Below are positions 1 through 10,098 of a DNA stretch of 64,000 nucleotides, piece by piece. The stretch lies in the NCBI GenBank assembly GCA_018664485.1, contig JABJOE010000007.1, positions 4,353 through 68,352 of the forward strand, written 5' to 3'. Every line of letters begins with the position of its first letter. Position 1 is the stretch's first letter. Origin of the DNA: Candidatus Uhrbacteria bacterium. Lineage in GTDB: Bacteria; Patescibacteriota; Patescibacteriia; UBA9934. Position numbers and translations under genes: made by a program. The notes beneath the pieces are model-generated. The model was not told where the DNA came from and did no database searches. It saw only the letters and a program-made list of their open reading frames with translations.

Positions 1-192
1 TAAGAGCGACCATGCGGTCTCGACCTTTGAACTCCTTTCCACGGTGTGTGACTGATCAAAAACGTGATGGAAATAATCATCTACGTTTTATTCCAGACAC
101 ACACACTTTTTGTGTGTTAATTCGGAACACTGATGCGTTCCTGTCTTTATTGACCTTCCGAGTCAACAGAGACAGATACACATCATAGTGCA

Positions 193-1374
193 CTACTCTA
201 TCGACTCATCTTTTAACTTGATCTCAAGTTCTCCGTTATCGTTAATCTCAACCTCTACCTGCTGCGCCTCATCAGTGGGTTCATCTTTGATCTCGTAAAC
301 TTCCACACTCTCATTTTCTTCAGTCTCATCAATAGATTCTTCTTCGTCTAACTCAGGATTCAAGATTGCAAATTCAATTTCAGCTATCTGCGCTTCCAAG
401 TTAAGCAAAATTTCATCAGCTTCACGCAAAATTTCAAATGCGCTTCGGTATCCGTCAGATGCCGCCAAGTCCATAGCGCGTGCAACTGAATCCGTAGCGG
501 AATCAACTTCGAAATTCATTGAGCGTAAATCATTACCGTTAAGTACGGTAGATGGATCATCTACGTTCTTCAATGCCTGCTCGATAACTGCGATTCGTCC
601 AGCGTCAAATGTCTGACGAGATACTAGAGCGATGTATTCATTTTTAAATGACTGCTCTAATGCTAACTTTGACTCTTCTGTTTCTCCAGCTTCGTGAGCA
701 TCAACAATTGTACCTACAGCTGAATCAGAAACTTCACGAGCGACCTTCTTTGACTCATCAACATCATCAATAGTTTCTTCAGCACCCTCAAGAGAAGTCA
801 AACTGTCATTAAGGTCACCAACTTTTTGATCAATCACACTTGCGATTGCAATGGTCTCAACATTTCCATCCTCTCTCAATATAAGAAGCTCTTCTTGAGC
901 ACCCTGCAACTCATCACGGAAAGCTTCCATTGCTTGCGACACCAATACGCTATCACCGCGAGACTGCAAAACTGCCACCTCCTCTAAACGACGTTGCGCA
1001 AACTCGGTGTGAAGCACTGCTCGACGTTCAGTAGACGATACCGCTAACTGCGCTCGCTCTGTCACCAGCTTCAACCCGTAAAGAGTATCCCCTGGCAAAC
1101 TTGCCGATGCAGCATGTGCAGTCGTGAACCATCCTCCAAATAACAGGACAAAAACAAGCGCTCCAGCTGTAACTGGGCGCGTAAACATACGAATCGCATT
1201 CCAACCGTAGTAAGAAGCAACTCCTTCCTGATTTTCTACCTCAACAACCTGAGGTCTATCACCACCAATGGCAGCCATAAGAACCTCACGTCCACGATCT
1301 TTCGTGTCCGAACTCACCCACCCTGCCTGAGGGTGATCTTTGAGAGAGTTCAATTGTTTAGTTAGTTTTGACAC
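193..1374 (-). CDS. DUF5667-like membrane protein encoded immediately downstream of the ECF sigma factor gene (putative anti-sigma/sigma-associated); one TM helix, highly acidic C-terminal half
   Basis: The ORF stop-start abuts the sigma gene, with a 2-nt gap. There is one TM segment (GALVFVLLFGGWFTTAHA). The 'GDTLYGLKLVTERAQLAV' region resembles DUF5667 proteins, which pair with ECF sigma factors. The C-terminus is very acidic. Confidence 0.5.
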   Translation of the reverse strand: MSKLTKQLNSLKDHPQAGWVSSDTKDRGREVLMAAIGGDRPQVVEVENQEGVASYYGWNAIRMFTRPVTAGALVFVLLFGGWFTTAHAASASLPGDTLYGLKLVTERAQLAVSSTERRAVLHTEFAQRRLEEVAVLQSRGDSVLVSQAMEAFRDELQGAQEELLILREDGNVETIAIASVIDQKVGDLNDSLTSLEGAEETIDDVDESKKVAREVSDSAVGTIVDAHEAGETEESKLALEQSFKNEYIALVSRQTFDAGRIAVIEQALKNVDDPSTVLNGNDLRSMNFEVDSATDSVARAMDLAASDGYRSAFEILREADEILLNLEAQIAEIEFAILNPELDEEESIDETEENESVEVYEIKDEPTDEAQQVEVEINDNGELEIKLKDESIE

Positions 1375-1376
1375 AG

Positions 1377-1928
1377 CTATTTTTTCGTTTCTATAACACG
1401 CTCCAGCGCCTTCTTCGCGCGGTGCAAAAGTACTCGCACATTGTTTGGAGTTTTTTCTAATGCTTGGGCAATCTCCTTCACGCTCATCTCATCCATATAT
1501 CTCATCATAAGAGCGTCTCTATATTCCTCTTTGATCAGCTGCATTGCTGAGAGAAGTTCCGCACGATCTTCATCGAGCTCCATCTGCTCAGATGCTATTG
1601 GTTTCTTGTCCACTACCAGATGAGCATTTTCCATTGTTGCTGACTCTCCAAGCCTCTCTTTTGCTCTATAATGGTCAACGACCACGTTACGGGCTATGCG
1701 GTAGAATAAGGCACTTGGCTTTTCGATCATGCTGGAAGTCGCATACTCCCATCCTCTTAAAAATACTTCCGCTGTGAGGTCCTCTGCATCCTGTGAGCTT
1801 TTCACACGGAATGCTACAAAACGCCTAATGCGTGCGACATACACTTCGTACAATTCTCCGTACGCTTGCGTGTCGCGAAACCGATAGACGCGAAAAAGCA
1901 GAAATTTGTGACGGTTATGCATGCTCAT
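1377..1928 (-). CDS. RNA polymerase ECF-type sigma-70 family sigma factor
   Basis: Sigma-70 region 2 (DLTAEVFLRGWEY) and region 4 HTH (MSVKEIAQALEKTPNNVRVLLHRAKKAL) are recognisable, and the length of about 180 aa is typical of ECF sigmas. Confidence 0.8.
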   Translation of the reverse strand: MSMHNRHKFLLFRVYRFRDTQAYGELYEVYVARIRRFVAFRVKSSQDAEDLTAEVFLRGWEYATSSMIEKPSALFYRIARNVVVDHYRAKERLGESATMENAHLVVDKKPIASEQMELDEDRAELLSAMQLIKEEYRDALMMRYMDEMSVKEIAQALEKTPNNVRVLLHRAKKALERVIETKK

Positions 1929-1971
1929 TTAATATGTCGGAAAAAAGGCTAAATCATTACAGTTGGAGTAT

Positions 1972-2000
1972 AAAATAGCAAATATTCGCCAATTTGTCAA
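1972..2000 (-). promoter_or_regulatory. sigma-70-like promoter for the sigma/DUF5667 operon (-35 TTGACA, 17-nt spacer, -10 TATTTT on the minus strand)
   Basis: The reverse complement of 1972-2000 reads TTGACA-aattggcgaatatttgc-TATTTT, about 40 nt upstream of the 1928 start codon. Confidence 0.45.
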
Positions 2001-2008
2001 TACTAAGC

Positions 2009-2046
2009 TTGACAATCAGTTTCTTTTTGTCTACTCTAGAGTAGAC
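2009..2046 (+). promoter_or_regulatory. TTGACA -35 box followed by a perfect 18-bp palindrome GTCTACTCtaGAGTAGAC (2029-2046), a likely operator 17 nt upstream of the HTH gene start
   Basis: The perfect inverted repeat 8-2-8 was read directly from the sequence. It overlaps the expected -10 region of the divergent promoter. Confidence 0.5.
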
Positions 2047-2062
2047 ATTTGATATCAAATTT

Positions 2063-2377
2063 ATGGCTATTACACCTTCAGTTAGGCTATCTGTCTCGGA
2101 AGCGGCGAAACTCTTTGGAGTTAGCACCCGCACTATCCGTAGATCTATAGCAAAAAATGACATAAGCTACATTGTGGTTCAGGGTCGATATAAGATCGAT
2201 TTTGAATCTCTTTTGAAATGGTCTCAATCAAGTACTACGGTTCGTAAAAAAAGAGACAGCGCTGGCATTGGTCAGTTTGTCGAACGCTGGAGAATCAAGA
2301 ACACCCTATACTCCCCCAACCCACAACGTATCCCAACAGATGAAAAAGAAGATAAGGGTGACTTAAAAGATCTATAG
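2063..2377 (+). CDS. small helix-turn-helix DNA-binding protein (excisionase/MerR-like HTH)
   Basis: An N-terminal 'SVSEAAKLFGVSTRTIRRSIAKNDI' HTH motif is present. The gene is divergent from the sigma operon and sits just after the palindromic operator. Confidence 0.5.
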   Translation: MAITPSVRLSVSEAAKLFGVSTRTIRRSIAKNDISYIVVQGRYKIDFESLLKWSQSSTTVRKKRDSAGIGQFVERWRIKNTLYSPNPQRIPTDEKEDKGDLKDL

Positions 2378-2384
2378 ATATCCT

Positions 2385-4361
2385 GTGAAAAAGTGGTTTG
2401 TTAAAATCATCTGCCTGTTCGTACTGCTCAGCGGAGCCGCGGTCACAACAGCACAAGAGAACGCCATAAAAACGGCGAACTACTTCTTGCTATCTGGAAC
2501 ACATTTGGATGATGTAGAAACTCTCAAAACTCTAGCTCTATACGATCTTCTCGTAATCCCAGCAGAAGCCCAGGTTTGGAATAAGGACTTCTCAGATGAA
2601 GTGCGGGAACTTAATCCAGACATAATTCTCCTCGCCTATGTTCCAAGTGTAAGCTGGAACGAGATCTGGAGCGACTCACTACACAACGATTTGCACGATG
2701 GAATCTCTTCAAGTTACTGGCTTCAAACAAATGACGGTGACGACGTATCTATCTGGCCCGGAACCCAAGCGCTCGATCTTACCTCTGGATGGAACGGCTA
2801 CCTCGCCGAATTTGTGGCTGAAGAAATTCTAGACGACGATTATTGGGACGGTGTCTTTTACGATGAGGTGAACGATACGATCAGCTGGACAGGTGACCTC
2901 GACCTTGCAAGTGGCGAAAGTGACATAGATGAAGCATGGGTCGATGCTTACACTCAACTTTTTTCTGATACTCGTAATCGCGTTGGATCTGACAAAATAA
3001 TTATCTCAAACGGAAGTTCCGACCTTCAGCACGCTCCATATGTAAACGGCCGAATGTTCGAGTCATTCCCTACCCCCTGGGAAGGTAACGGATCTTGGCA
3101 AACAAATATTACAAATTACCTCTCGGTTGAAGAAAACGTGGCTTACGATCCTGTCATATTAATAAACAGCGACACCGATAACACTGGAGACAAAACAAAC
3201 TATCAAAGAGTTCGATTTGGACTTTCAAGTGCGCTTATGGCAAGCGGGTTCTTTGGCTTCGACTTTGGAACGCAAGAACATGCGCAGTTATGGCGCTACG
3301 ATGAATATGATGCATTCTTGGGGACTCCGAAAGATGTCGCCGTCGAAGAAGATGGCGTATGGTCACGAGAATTTACAAATGGAAAAGTTATCACCAACCC
3401 AACAAACGAAACAAAAACGATTCGTTTAGACGGTGACTTCGAAAAAATTCACGGAATTCAAGACCCTGATACAAATGACGGATCAATCATTTCTAGAATC
3501 ACGCTCTCCCCTCAAGATGGAGCGCTACTACTTCGTCCAATCGAAGAAATTGTAGACGCCGTATTCCTTAACGGTGCTTTCGCTCGAGTGTTTTCAGGGA
3601 ATGGTGATGTTAAGAGAACAGGGTTCTTCGCATACGACAGCGACCACCTCGGAGGTATCCAGGTAGTCTCATTTGATATGGACGGTGACGGAACTCTCGA
3701 AATGGTAAGTGCCGACGATAGCCAAGTATATATCTACAATACCGACGGATCTTTACATGCCAGCTTCTATCCATATACATCGGCATACGCAAGTGGGATC
3801 AACATCTCAGTTGGTGACCTTGAAAATGATGGATCCGTTGAGATCGTTACCGGAACTGAAAACGGTGGGGGTGCGCATGTTCGAATTTTCAATAAAGACG
3901 GCGTTCTGATTAACCCCGGGTTCTTCGCATACGACGAAGTTTACCGCGGAGGTGTAAACGTATCGATTGGAGATCTTGAGGGTGATGGAACTATCGAAAT
4001 TATATGTGGTGCAGGTGTAGGCGGTGGGCCACATGTTCGAATCTTCAATAAAGATGGAGTTTTGATAAACCCTGGATTCTTCGCATACGACGAAGATTTT
4101 CGTGGTGGTGTAAATGTAGCCGCTGCCGATATCGATGGTGATGGGAAGAATGAGATCGTTACTGGGCCAGGATTAGGTGGTGACCCGGAGGTTCGGGTGT
4201 ATGATAAAGATGGAAACCTCCTGCAAGATCCATTCTTTGCAACAGACTCAAACGACCACGTAGGAATTGAAGTGTCGGCTGCAGATCTGGATGGAGATGG
4301 AATTGATGAAATTATAGCTTTCACACAAGACGTATTTACTCTTTCGGGCTTCGGCTTCTAG
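2385..4361 (+). CDS. secreted protein: N-terminal glycoside-hydrolase-like TIM-barrel region (GH114/GHL-like) fused to C-terminal FG-GAP repeats (beta-propeller)
   Basis: A signal peptide is present (MKKWFVKIICLFVLLSGAAVTTAQE). There are at least four repeats of the type 'GDLEGDGTIEI..G.GGGPHVRIFNKDGVLINPGFFAYDE', which is the FG-GAP (PF01839) pattern. The N-terminal half resembles polysaccharide-hydrolase TIM barrels, with weak confidence on the family. Confidence 0.6.
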   Translation: MKKWFVKIICLFVLLSGAAVTTAQENAIKTANYFLLSGTHLDDVETLKTLALYDLLVIPAEAQVWNKDFSDEVRELNPDIILLAYVPSVSWNEIWSDSLHNDLHDGISSSYWLQTNDGDDVSIWPGTQALDLTSGWNGYLAEFVAEEILDDDYWDGVFYDEVNDTISWTGDLDLASGESDIDEAWVDAYTQLFSDTRNRVGSDKIIISNGSSDLQHAPYVNGRMFESFPTPWEGNGSWQTNITNYLSVEENVAYDPVILINSDTDNTGDKTNYQRVRFGLSSALMASGFFGFDFGTQEHAQLWRYDEYDAFLGTPKDVAVEEDGVWSREFTNGKVITNPTNETKTIRLDGDFEKIHGIQDPDTNDGSIISRITLSPQDGALLLRPIEEIVDAVFLNGAFARVFSGNGDVKRTGFFAYDSDHLGGIQVVSFDMDGDGTLEMVSADDSQVYIYNTDGSLHASFYPYTSAYASGINISVGDLENDGSVEIVTGTENGGGAHVRIFNKDGVLINPGFFAYDEVYRGGVNVSIGDLEGDGTIEIICGAGVGGGPHVRIFNKDGVLINPGFFAYDEDFRGGVNVAAADIDGDGKNEIVTGPGLGGDPEVRVYDKDGNLLQDPFFATDSNDHVGIEVSAADLDGDGIDEIIAFTQDVFTLSGFGF

Positions 4362-4371
4362 GACACTACAT

Positions 4372-6189
4372 ATGGCTGACAAAAATCCAAAACTAATCTG
4401 CAAGCCAACGGGCAAGGGTAAGAAGAGTAATCTTCTTGTATGTACCTTGAATATTGGAACGCAAGCCAGCCGACACGTGTCAGAGCCTATTGAGATGCTC
4501 ATGAAGGGTACGTATCACAAAGAACGTGAGTCGCTTCATAAATGGCTCGACATTCTAGGCTTTGCCATCATTGCAGCTACATTACTAACTCTAGCTTGGA
4601 TGTTGATTCCAAGGTTTACACCCGAACTAATTACGGTGGACGCCGACATTGCTCCAAGCGAAGTTATTACAGGTGGAGCGTCTACTCTGACATTTAGATT
4701 TGAAAATAAAAGCAACGACACGCTCGTTGACACGAATGTTCTATTCACATTCCCCGAGCACTTTGCGCTTGATGTAATTGAAAGTGAAGATGCGCAAGAG
4801 ATTGGACATCAAACATTCGACCTTGGCGATATTGCTCCGGGTGGCTATGGATTTATTCATGTAAGTGGAACCATGTTTGGTGACGTTGGCGGTGAACAAA
4901 CTTTCACAACACAACTTGATTATAACTACGGTGAAGAGCAGATGACTGATACGAAAGTCATCGATCACGTATTCTCCCCTACGACCTCAACCCTCGCACT
5001 TGAACTAACTTTGCCTGAACATCTCGTAGCGTTCCAATTAGTTGAAGGGTCTATCACATATAAAAATACAGGTGACGTTTCTTTCCCAGATATGGCGATT
5101 GAGCCCGATTGGCCGGAAAGTTTCACGCTCATCTCCGCAAATCCAAGCATGCAAAGTGACGGGGCGTTCCATGTAAGTGGAATTGACCCCGGTGAAGAAG
5201 GTATTATTTCCTTTTCAGGCCGACTGGGAACGCAAGACGACTCAACGTTCTCGTTTGGACCATCGTTTATCTTTGATGACACCCAATATCAGCAAGAACG
5301 TCTGAACGACACGATCGATATCCTTCCGCCTCCACTCACTATCAGTCATGCGATTGAAGAATCCACACTGCAACCAGGAGAAAATGCCACAGTCACACTT
5401 ACATATCGAAATGATAGCGAGCACACACTGAGCGGTGTTGAACTTGGGCTTACCTCAGATGTAGATGTATTTTCAGATGATCTTATCTTCGATGACGCGC
5501 CGTCGGTAATCGAACCTGGAGATTCCGGAACACTGTCGCTCTCAGTCCCCGTACGCTCTTATATCTCTCGTTCATACCTCTCGAGCTACGAGAATATAAA
5601 CGTAACAACTCGATCAATTGCAACATTCACTTTTACGCCAAATGGTGAAACTATAGAAACGAATACAACGGGATCAAGCTTTGTATCTACACTCACTTCC
5701 CCACTCATCCTGGAATCTTTCGGACGGTATTGGACAGCAAACGGCGACCAACTTGGTCGTGGGCCAATTCCACCTATCGTTGGTGAGACAACTAAATATT
5801 GGGTCTTCTGGAACATATCTGGAACAACTAATGAACTTGCAAATCTTTCAATTGACGCAGATCTCGGACCTGGAGTAACACTCACCGGACGGCAAAGTGT
5901 ATCTGTTGGAACTTCGATCGAATCGACTAACGGATCTGTTAGTTGGTCGGTCAACACAGTAAGTCCAACCATGACTCCGGGAAATACTGTTATTGCCGCT
6001 GCGTTTGAAGTTGCGCTCACCCCAACTGCCAGTCAAGTAAACTCTGTAGCTACGCTTCTGGAACGTGCATATGTTAGTGCTAGCGACAATTGGACAGATG
6101 CTAACGTGCAAACAAGCTCAAGTAAAATTACATCTTCACTTACGGCTGATACAAAAGCAGCGCAATACGGCGGTGTAGTAGAGGAATAA
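4372..6189 (+). CDS. large membrane-anchored Thr/Ser-rich surface protein of unknown function
   Basis: There is a single N-proximal TM segment (LGFAIIAATLLTLAWMLIP) and then about 520 aa of extracytoplasmic, beta-rich, low-complexity sequence. The true start may be the internal Met near 4495. Confidence 0.45.
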   Translation: MADKNPKLICKPTGKGKKSNLLVCTLNIGTQASRHVSEPIEMLMKGTYHKERESLHKWLDILGFAIIAATLLTLAWMLIPRFTPELITVDADIAPSEVITGGASTLTFRFENKSNDTLVDTNVLFTFPEHFALDVIESEDAQEIGHQTFDLGDIAPGGYGFIHVSGTMFGDVGGEQTFTTQLDYNYGEEQMTDTKVIDHVFSPTTSTLALELTLPEHLVAFQLVEGSITYKNTGDVSFPDMAIEPDWPESFTLISANPSMQSDGAFHVSGIDPGEEGIISFSGRLGTQDDSTFSFGPSFIFDDTQYQQERLNDTIDILPPPLTISHAIEESTLQPGENATVTLTYRNDSEHTLSGVELGLTSDVDVFSDDLIFDDAPSVIEPGDSGTLSLSVPVRSYISRSYLSSYENINVTTRSIATFTFTPNGETIETNTTGSSFVSTLTSPLILESFGRYWTANGDQLGRGPIPPIVGETTKYWVFWNISGTTNELANLSIDADLGPGVTLTGRQSVSVGTSIESTNGSVSWSVNTVSPTMTPGNTVIAAAFEVALTPTASQVNSVATLLERAYVSASDNWTDANVQTSSSKITSSLTADTKAAQYGGVVEE

Positions 6190-6194
6190 ACAAA

Positions 6195-7403
6195 ATGGCC
6201 TTCAAAAAACATTCTGCAGATAACGGCGACCATCTAGATGAAGCATTTTTTGTTGAACTTCTAAAACTCCCCACCTTCCCTTTCTACAGGCTAATTAGAC
6301 AAAACGCAGAGCAAGCAAAAGAACAGCGTGCCGCGTGGCTTAACGCAGGTACACCGCCAACATTTTTATATCCGGAAACTAAAGATTTTGATGCACTTAA
6401 ATATCTAGAAGCTGTTGAAAAATGTCGTGACAGTCTCCCTGATGGCCCGGCGTACATTCGCTCGCTCTACATCAAAAAACTCAACGAGCTAAAAATGCGC
6501 GCAGCCCTCGTACTTGCCATATCACATGGCGATGACCAAACAGTAACGCATCTCTCCCGAAAACTTTTTGGAAACCTCCGTCAAGATGCTGAAGAATTGA
6601 AAAAAGAATTTTCTTGTATGCTTGACCATGCAAATATTTTTCATACCCACACAGAACCAATCAACGCCGAAATGTTCACAGCCATGACACATAAAGTTTT
6701 AGATCACTACAAAATAGATGACTGGAAAGTAGCCTTATCTGACAAATCATCAATCAAAATCACACGAGGCAGACGCGCACGAAAGCCAGTTATCTATATT
6801 CCAACCAATTTAAAGATTTCAAAAGCTCGTGCAGCTAGACTGCTAACACACGAGATCGAAGTACACGCATTGCGTACCCAAAATGGTCGTCGCTCCCCCC
6901 TCCATATTCTTCACGTTGGTCTAAATGGATATATTCGAACAGACGAAGGCCTCGCAATTTATTATCAACAAAAAATCAGCAAAGAAAAACCCCAGCACGC
7001 GCCTGGCTTTTGGGATGCGTGGACATGCGCGCTTACGCAAACTGGTTCTTTTGCCGACACCTTTGCAATAATTTCAGATGCTCGCTCACAACTGGCGGCT
7101 GCAACTGGTGCGAAAGATGCGAAAGAGGTAGGTATAGACGCTGCATGGCGCCTCTGTGTTCGCGCGTATCGTGGCATTACAGATACAAGCACGTATGGCG
7201 TCGGATTTTTGCGTGGTCATATATATCGATCAGGACTTCTTGATATTACAGAGGCCGTTGACTGGCATGGAGAAGAAATCCTTGAAAAACTTTTTATCGG
7301 AAATATCGGACTTGAACATATTTCTATTTTTGAAAACCAAGAGCTACCAGAACCGCAGTTGCCAATGCTCGTAAGTAAATCTATCGTAAGAGATTTTTCG
7401 TAG
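6195..7403 (+). CDS. DUF1704 / 'QEGLA-motif' family protein (predicted metallopeptidase-like), here with HEIEVH and DEGLA motifs
   Basis: HEIEVH (an HExxH motif) is followed by TDEGLAIYYQQ, which matches the conserved architecture of DUF1704 (flavohemoglobin expression-modulating QEGLA protein) proteins. Confidence 0.5.
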   Translation: MAFKKHSADNGDHLDEAFFVELLKLPTFPFYRLIRQNAEQAKEQRAAWLNAGTPPTFLYPETKDFDALKYLEAVEKCRDSLPDGPAYIRSLYIKKLNELKMRAALVLAISHGDDQTVTHLSRKLFGNLRQDAEELKKEFSCMLDHANIFHTHTEPINAEMFTAMTHKVLDHYKIDDWKVALSDKSSIKITRGRRARKPVIYIPTNLKISKARAARLLTHEIEVHALRTQNGRRSPLHILHVGLNGYIRTDEGLAIYYQQKISKEKPQHAPGFWDAWTCALTQTGSFADTFAIISDARSQLAAATGAKDAKEVGIDAAWRLCVRAYRGITDTSTYGVGFLRGHIYRSGLLDITEAVDWHGEEILEKLFIGNIGLEHISIFENQELPEPQLPMLVSKSIVRDFS

Positions 7404-7483
7404 AATGGTAAGCATCACCTATCTCAATAAGCTTATTAAACAAAAAAACACCCGATTGTAAAGACAGTCAGGTGCTTCTTTTT

Positions 7484-8644
7484 TTATTCTGTAACGAATG
7501 CTCCGTGGCGTTGATGAATGTGCTTCTTATAAACACCCAACGTCTCCTTTGCGATATCGTCCCAGTTATAGTCGGTTTCAACAAATCCTCGTGCGCTATG
7601 ACCAATTGAGGCCATGTGCATCTCGTCAGATAGTAGAGCGATCAATTCGGAAGCTAGATCATTAACGTCGCCTGACGCAAATGATACTCCGTGATCTTCA
7701 ACTACCTCCAAGTTTTCTGGAATGTCTGATGCTAGAACCGCTTTTCCGTAGCTCATCGCCTCGAGTACCGCGATTGGCATACCCTCGGAATAAGACGGAT
7801 GAACAATACATTTAGCACCGGCAAATAAAGCAGTTAGCACATCTCCACGCTGGAAATCTGTAAAAACAATTGAATCATCGCCCGATGCCTGTGCATGTAG
7901 ATCACGAATATATGAATCTGTAAAAGATGATCCTCCTACAATTGCCAATTTCAAATCTTTAAGTAATTCAGGTCTCTTTTCTTTCGCCACCTTCCACGCA
8001 TCAATTAAGATATGCGCTCCCTTATGCGGGACGAGGCGCGCGACCATAGCAACGTAGCCATTGGAACGCAATCCAAAAGGGCGCAAAACAACATCATTGG
8101 TTGTGACGCGTTGTGGCGTAATGCCGTTTGGAATGTAATGCGTTCTTTTGCCATACGATGATTCAATATAGTTACGAAGAACTTTACTTACACAAATAGT
8201 TTCGTGAGGACTTTTAACACACATCTTTTCTCCAGCTCGAAGAGCGAATCGTGCGACAGCTCCCCACTTTCCATGTTCTCGATCAATACAATGGAATGTT
8301 GTAATAACAACGCTTGAAGGAGAAAGTATCCGAGCAATCCATGAAAGAAGAGATGGTCCGACGCCATGAACATGAATTACATCCGGTGCGCTTATAAGGC
8401 AGGCGTGAATCAGAGAGAATAGTGTATGCGTGATCGCATCTAAATGCTTTGTGCGGATAGATGGAATACGGATAACACGCACACCGTTAAAACGATCAGA
8501 CGTTCCCGGTGAATACCAAGGACGCGCGTATGCGATCACTTCGTGACCTTCGCGCACCAAACGAGTCGAGAGATGCTCGACATGCGTTTCGATACCTCCG
8601 AACTTAGACGGAAGCCCTTTTTGTCCAATCATTACAATTTTCAT
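7484..8644 (-). CDS. glycosyltransferase family 4 (GT-B fold)
   Basis: A C-terminal EX7E-type motif is present (SYSEGMPIAVLEAMSYGKAVLASD), and the size of about 385 aa fits. Confidence 0.8.
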   Translation of the reverse strand: MKIVMIGQKGLPSKFGGIETHVEHLSTRLVREGHEVIAYARPWYSPGTSDRFNGVRVIRIPSIRTKHLDAITHTLFSLIHACLISAPDVIHVHGVGPSLLSWIARILSPSSVVITTFHCIDREHGKWGAVARFALRAGEKMCVKSPHETICVSKVLRNYIESSYGKRTHYIPNGITPQRVTTNDVVLRPFGLRSNGYVAMVARLVPHKGAHILIDAWKVAKEKRPELLKDLKLAIVGGSSFTDSYIRDLHAQASGDDSIVFTDFQRGDVLTALFAGAKCIVHPSYSEGMPIAVLEAMSYGKAVLASDIPENLEVVEDHGVSFASGDVNDLASELIALLSDEMHMASIGHSARGFVETDYNWDDIAKETLGVYKKHIHQRHGAFVTE

Positions 8645-8868
8645 ATGGGATATACGTATTTGGGTCAGCTATGGTGTTGTTTGTCTTTCATCGCACTTAA
8701 AGCTGCCCGCAGATACGTCTATTCCAAATTTGCGAACGGGATAACTTAGCAGTTTTTTGCCATTTTGTCAACCCTAAGAGCTGGCATTCTCGTACAATTT
8801 TCGAGAAAATAAAAACAAAAAAACAGCCAATATTGGCCGTTTTCTCTACATATCCACAACTATCCCAG

Positions 8869-10095
8869 CTACTCCCGCGAATCTATTACAGATTCATAGA
8901 TATCCATAATTTGAGAGCTCAGAAGTTCAGGGTCAACGATCTGGGAAGCCCTTTGATACGCAGCTTCTCCCATTGATTTTGCAAAGCCTTCATCACGTAT
9001 AAACGGCTCCAATGAATGTGCCAAAGAGTCCGCGTCCCCCGCTCTAAATACCGAACCACTAACGCCATCTTCAACCATCTCCCGCAGCCCGCCGTGATCA
9101 CCTACAATAACAGGCACTCCGCATGACATAGCCTCAATAGCAACTAGCCCAAGTACCTCATGCCAAATCGATGGCGCTACCATCACACGAGACCGTGAGC
9201 GTAGATTCTCCAGATCATCTCCAGATACAAAACCTAAAAACTTTACCTTCTGCCCTTCACCTACAAGCGCTCTCAATTCTTTCTCATACGAACCAGTTCC
9301 CGCAATACGCAACTCGACTTCAGGGAACGCTTTCATTGCCTCAATCAATGTATGTACACCTTTATAACGTTCCAGACGACCAATGTAGGCCACGTACCCA
9401 TCATCACCCTTACGCATTTCTTTTATTGGCTGCGTGAACGAATGGTGCATCACCATTTTCTTTGCGTCATAACCAACACTTACCAAAACATCAGCAATAA
9501 AATCTGAAATAACGTGATAACGATCAATACGGCGATCGTACGCACCGGTCCACTTATGAAAACGCGTTATCGCCTCCAATACGAAAGTCGCTGCAAAAGA
9601 ACCTTTGATGAAACGAGTTTTGGCAGCGGCCCACATCCCCAGATCATCCAGATCCATAGACTTGTCACGACGAGTATCCCAAAGCGAATAGTTAGCACTC
9701 ACCAAAGCGTAATCATGCACGCTCATCACCACAGGAACATTGTGACGCGCGCACGCTTTTAAAATTGATGGTGAAAGATGTGTGTGAACATTGTGAATAT
9801 GAACAATGTCCGGCCGGAAAGCATCGATCATTTTGGACATCTTCTTATATGCCTCACGCGACCAAAGCGCCCTTGCCAATTGCCTAATTGCACCAACCCC
9901 GTAGCCTACACTGCCCTCCGTATTAACTTCGCTCACAAAATAATCAGACCAAGCTGACGGTAGATTCTTTGGATAATGCATAGCGAAAGGCGCAACGGCA
10001 TGACCGGCCCTCTCTTGGGCATCCATCAAATCAAGTTGGAACCTCTCAGCCCCAGCTCGCATATAAAAGTATTTGTGTGCATGGATAATTCTCAT
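8869..10095 (-). CDS. glycosyltransferase family 4 (second copy)
   Basis: The EX7E region 'SIWHEVLGLVAIEAMSCGVPVIVGD' is present, with a GT4-like N-terminal Gly-rich region. Confidence 0.8.
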   Translation of the reverse strand: MRIIHAHKYFYMRAGAERFQLDLMDAQERAGHAVAPFAMHYPKNLPSAWSDYFVSEVNTEGSVGYGVGAIRQLARALWSREAYKKMSKMIDAFRPDIVHIHNVHTHLSPSILKACARHNVPVVMSVHDYALVSANYSLWDTRRDKSMDLDDLGMWAAAKTRFIKGSFAATFVLEAITRFHKWTGAYDRRIDRYHVISDFIADVLVSVGYDAKKMVMHHSFTQPIKEMRKGDDGYVAYIGRLERYKGVHTLIEAMKAFPEVELRIAGTGSYEKELRALVGEGQKVKFLGFVSGDDLENLRSRSRVMVAPSIWHEVLGLVAIEAMSCGVPVIVGDHGGLREMVEDGVSGSVFRAGDADSLAHSLEPFIRDEGFAKSMGEAAYQRASQIVDPELLSSQIMDIYESVIDSRE

Positions 10096-10098
10096 AAA

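Noticed and set aside
1441-1777. Small ORFs antisense to the ECF sigma factor gene, and similar 60-100-aa ORFs antisense to most long genes across the window
   Set aside because: They are fully embedded antisense in well-supported genes, with atypical composition. They are typical six-frame noise.
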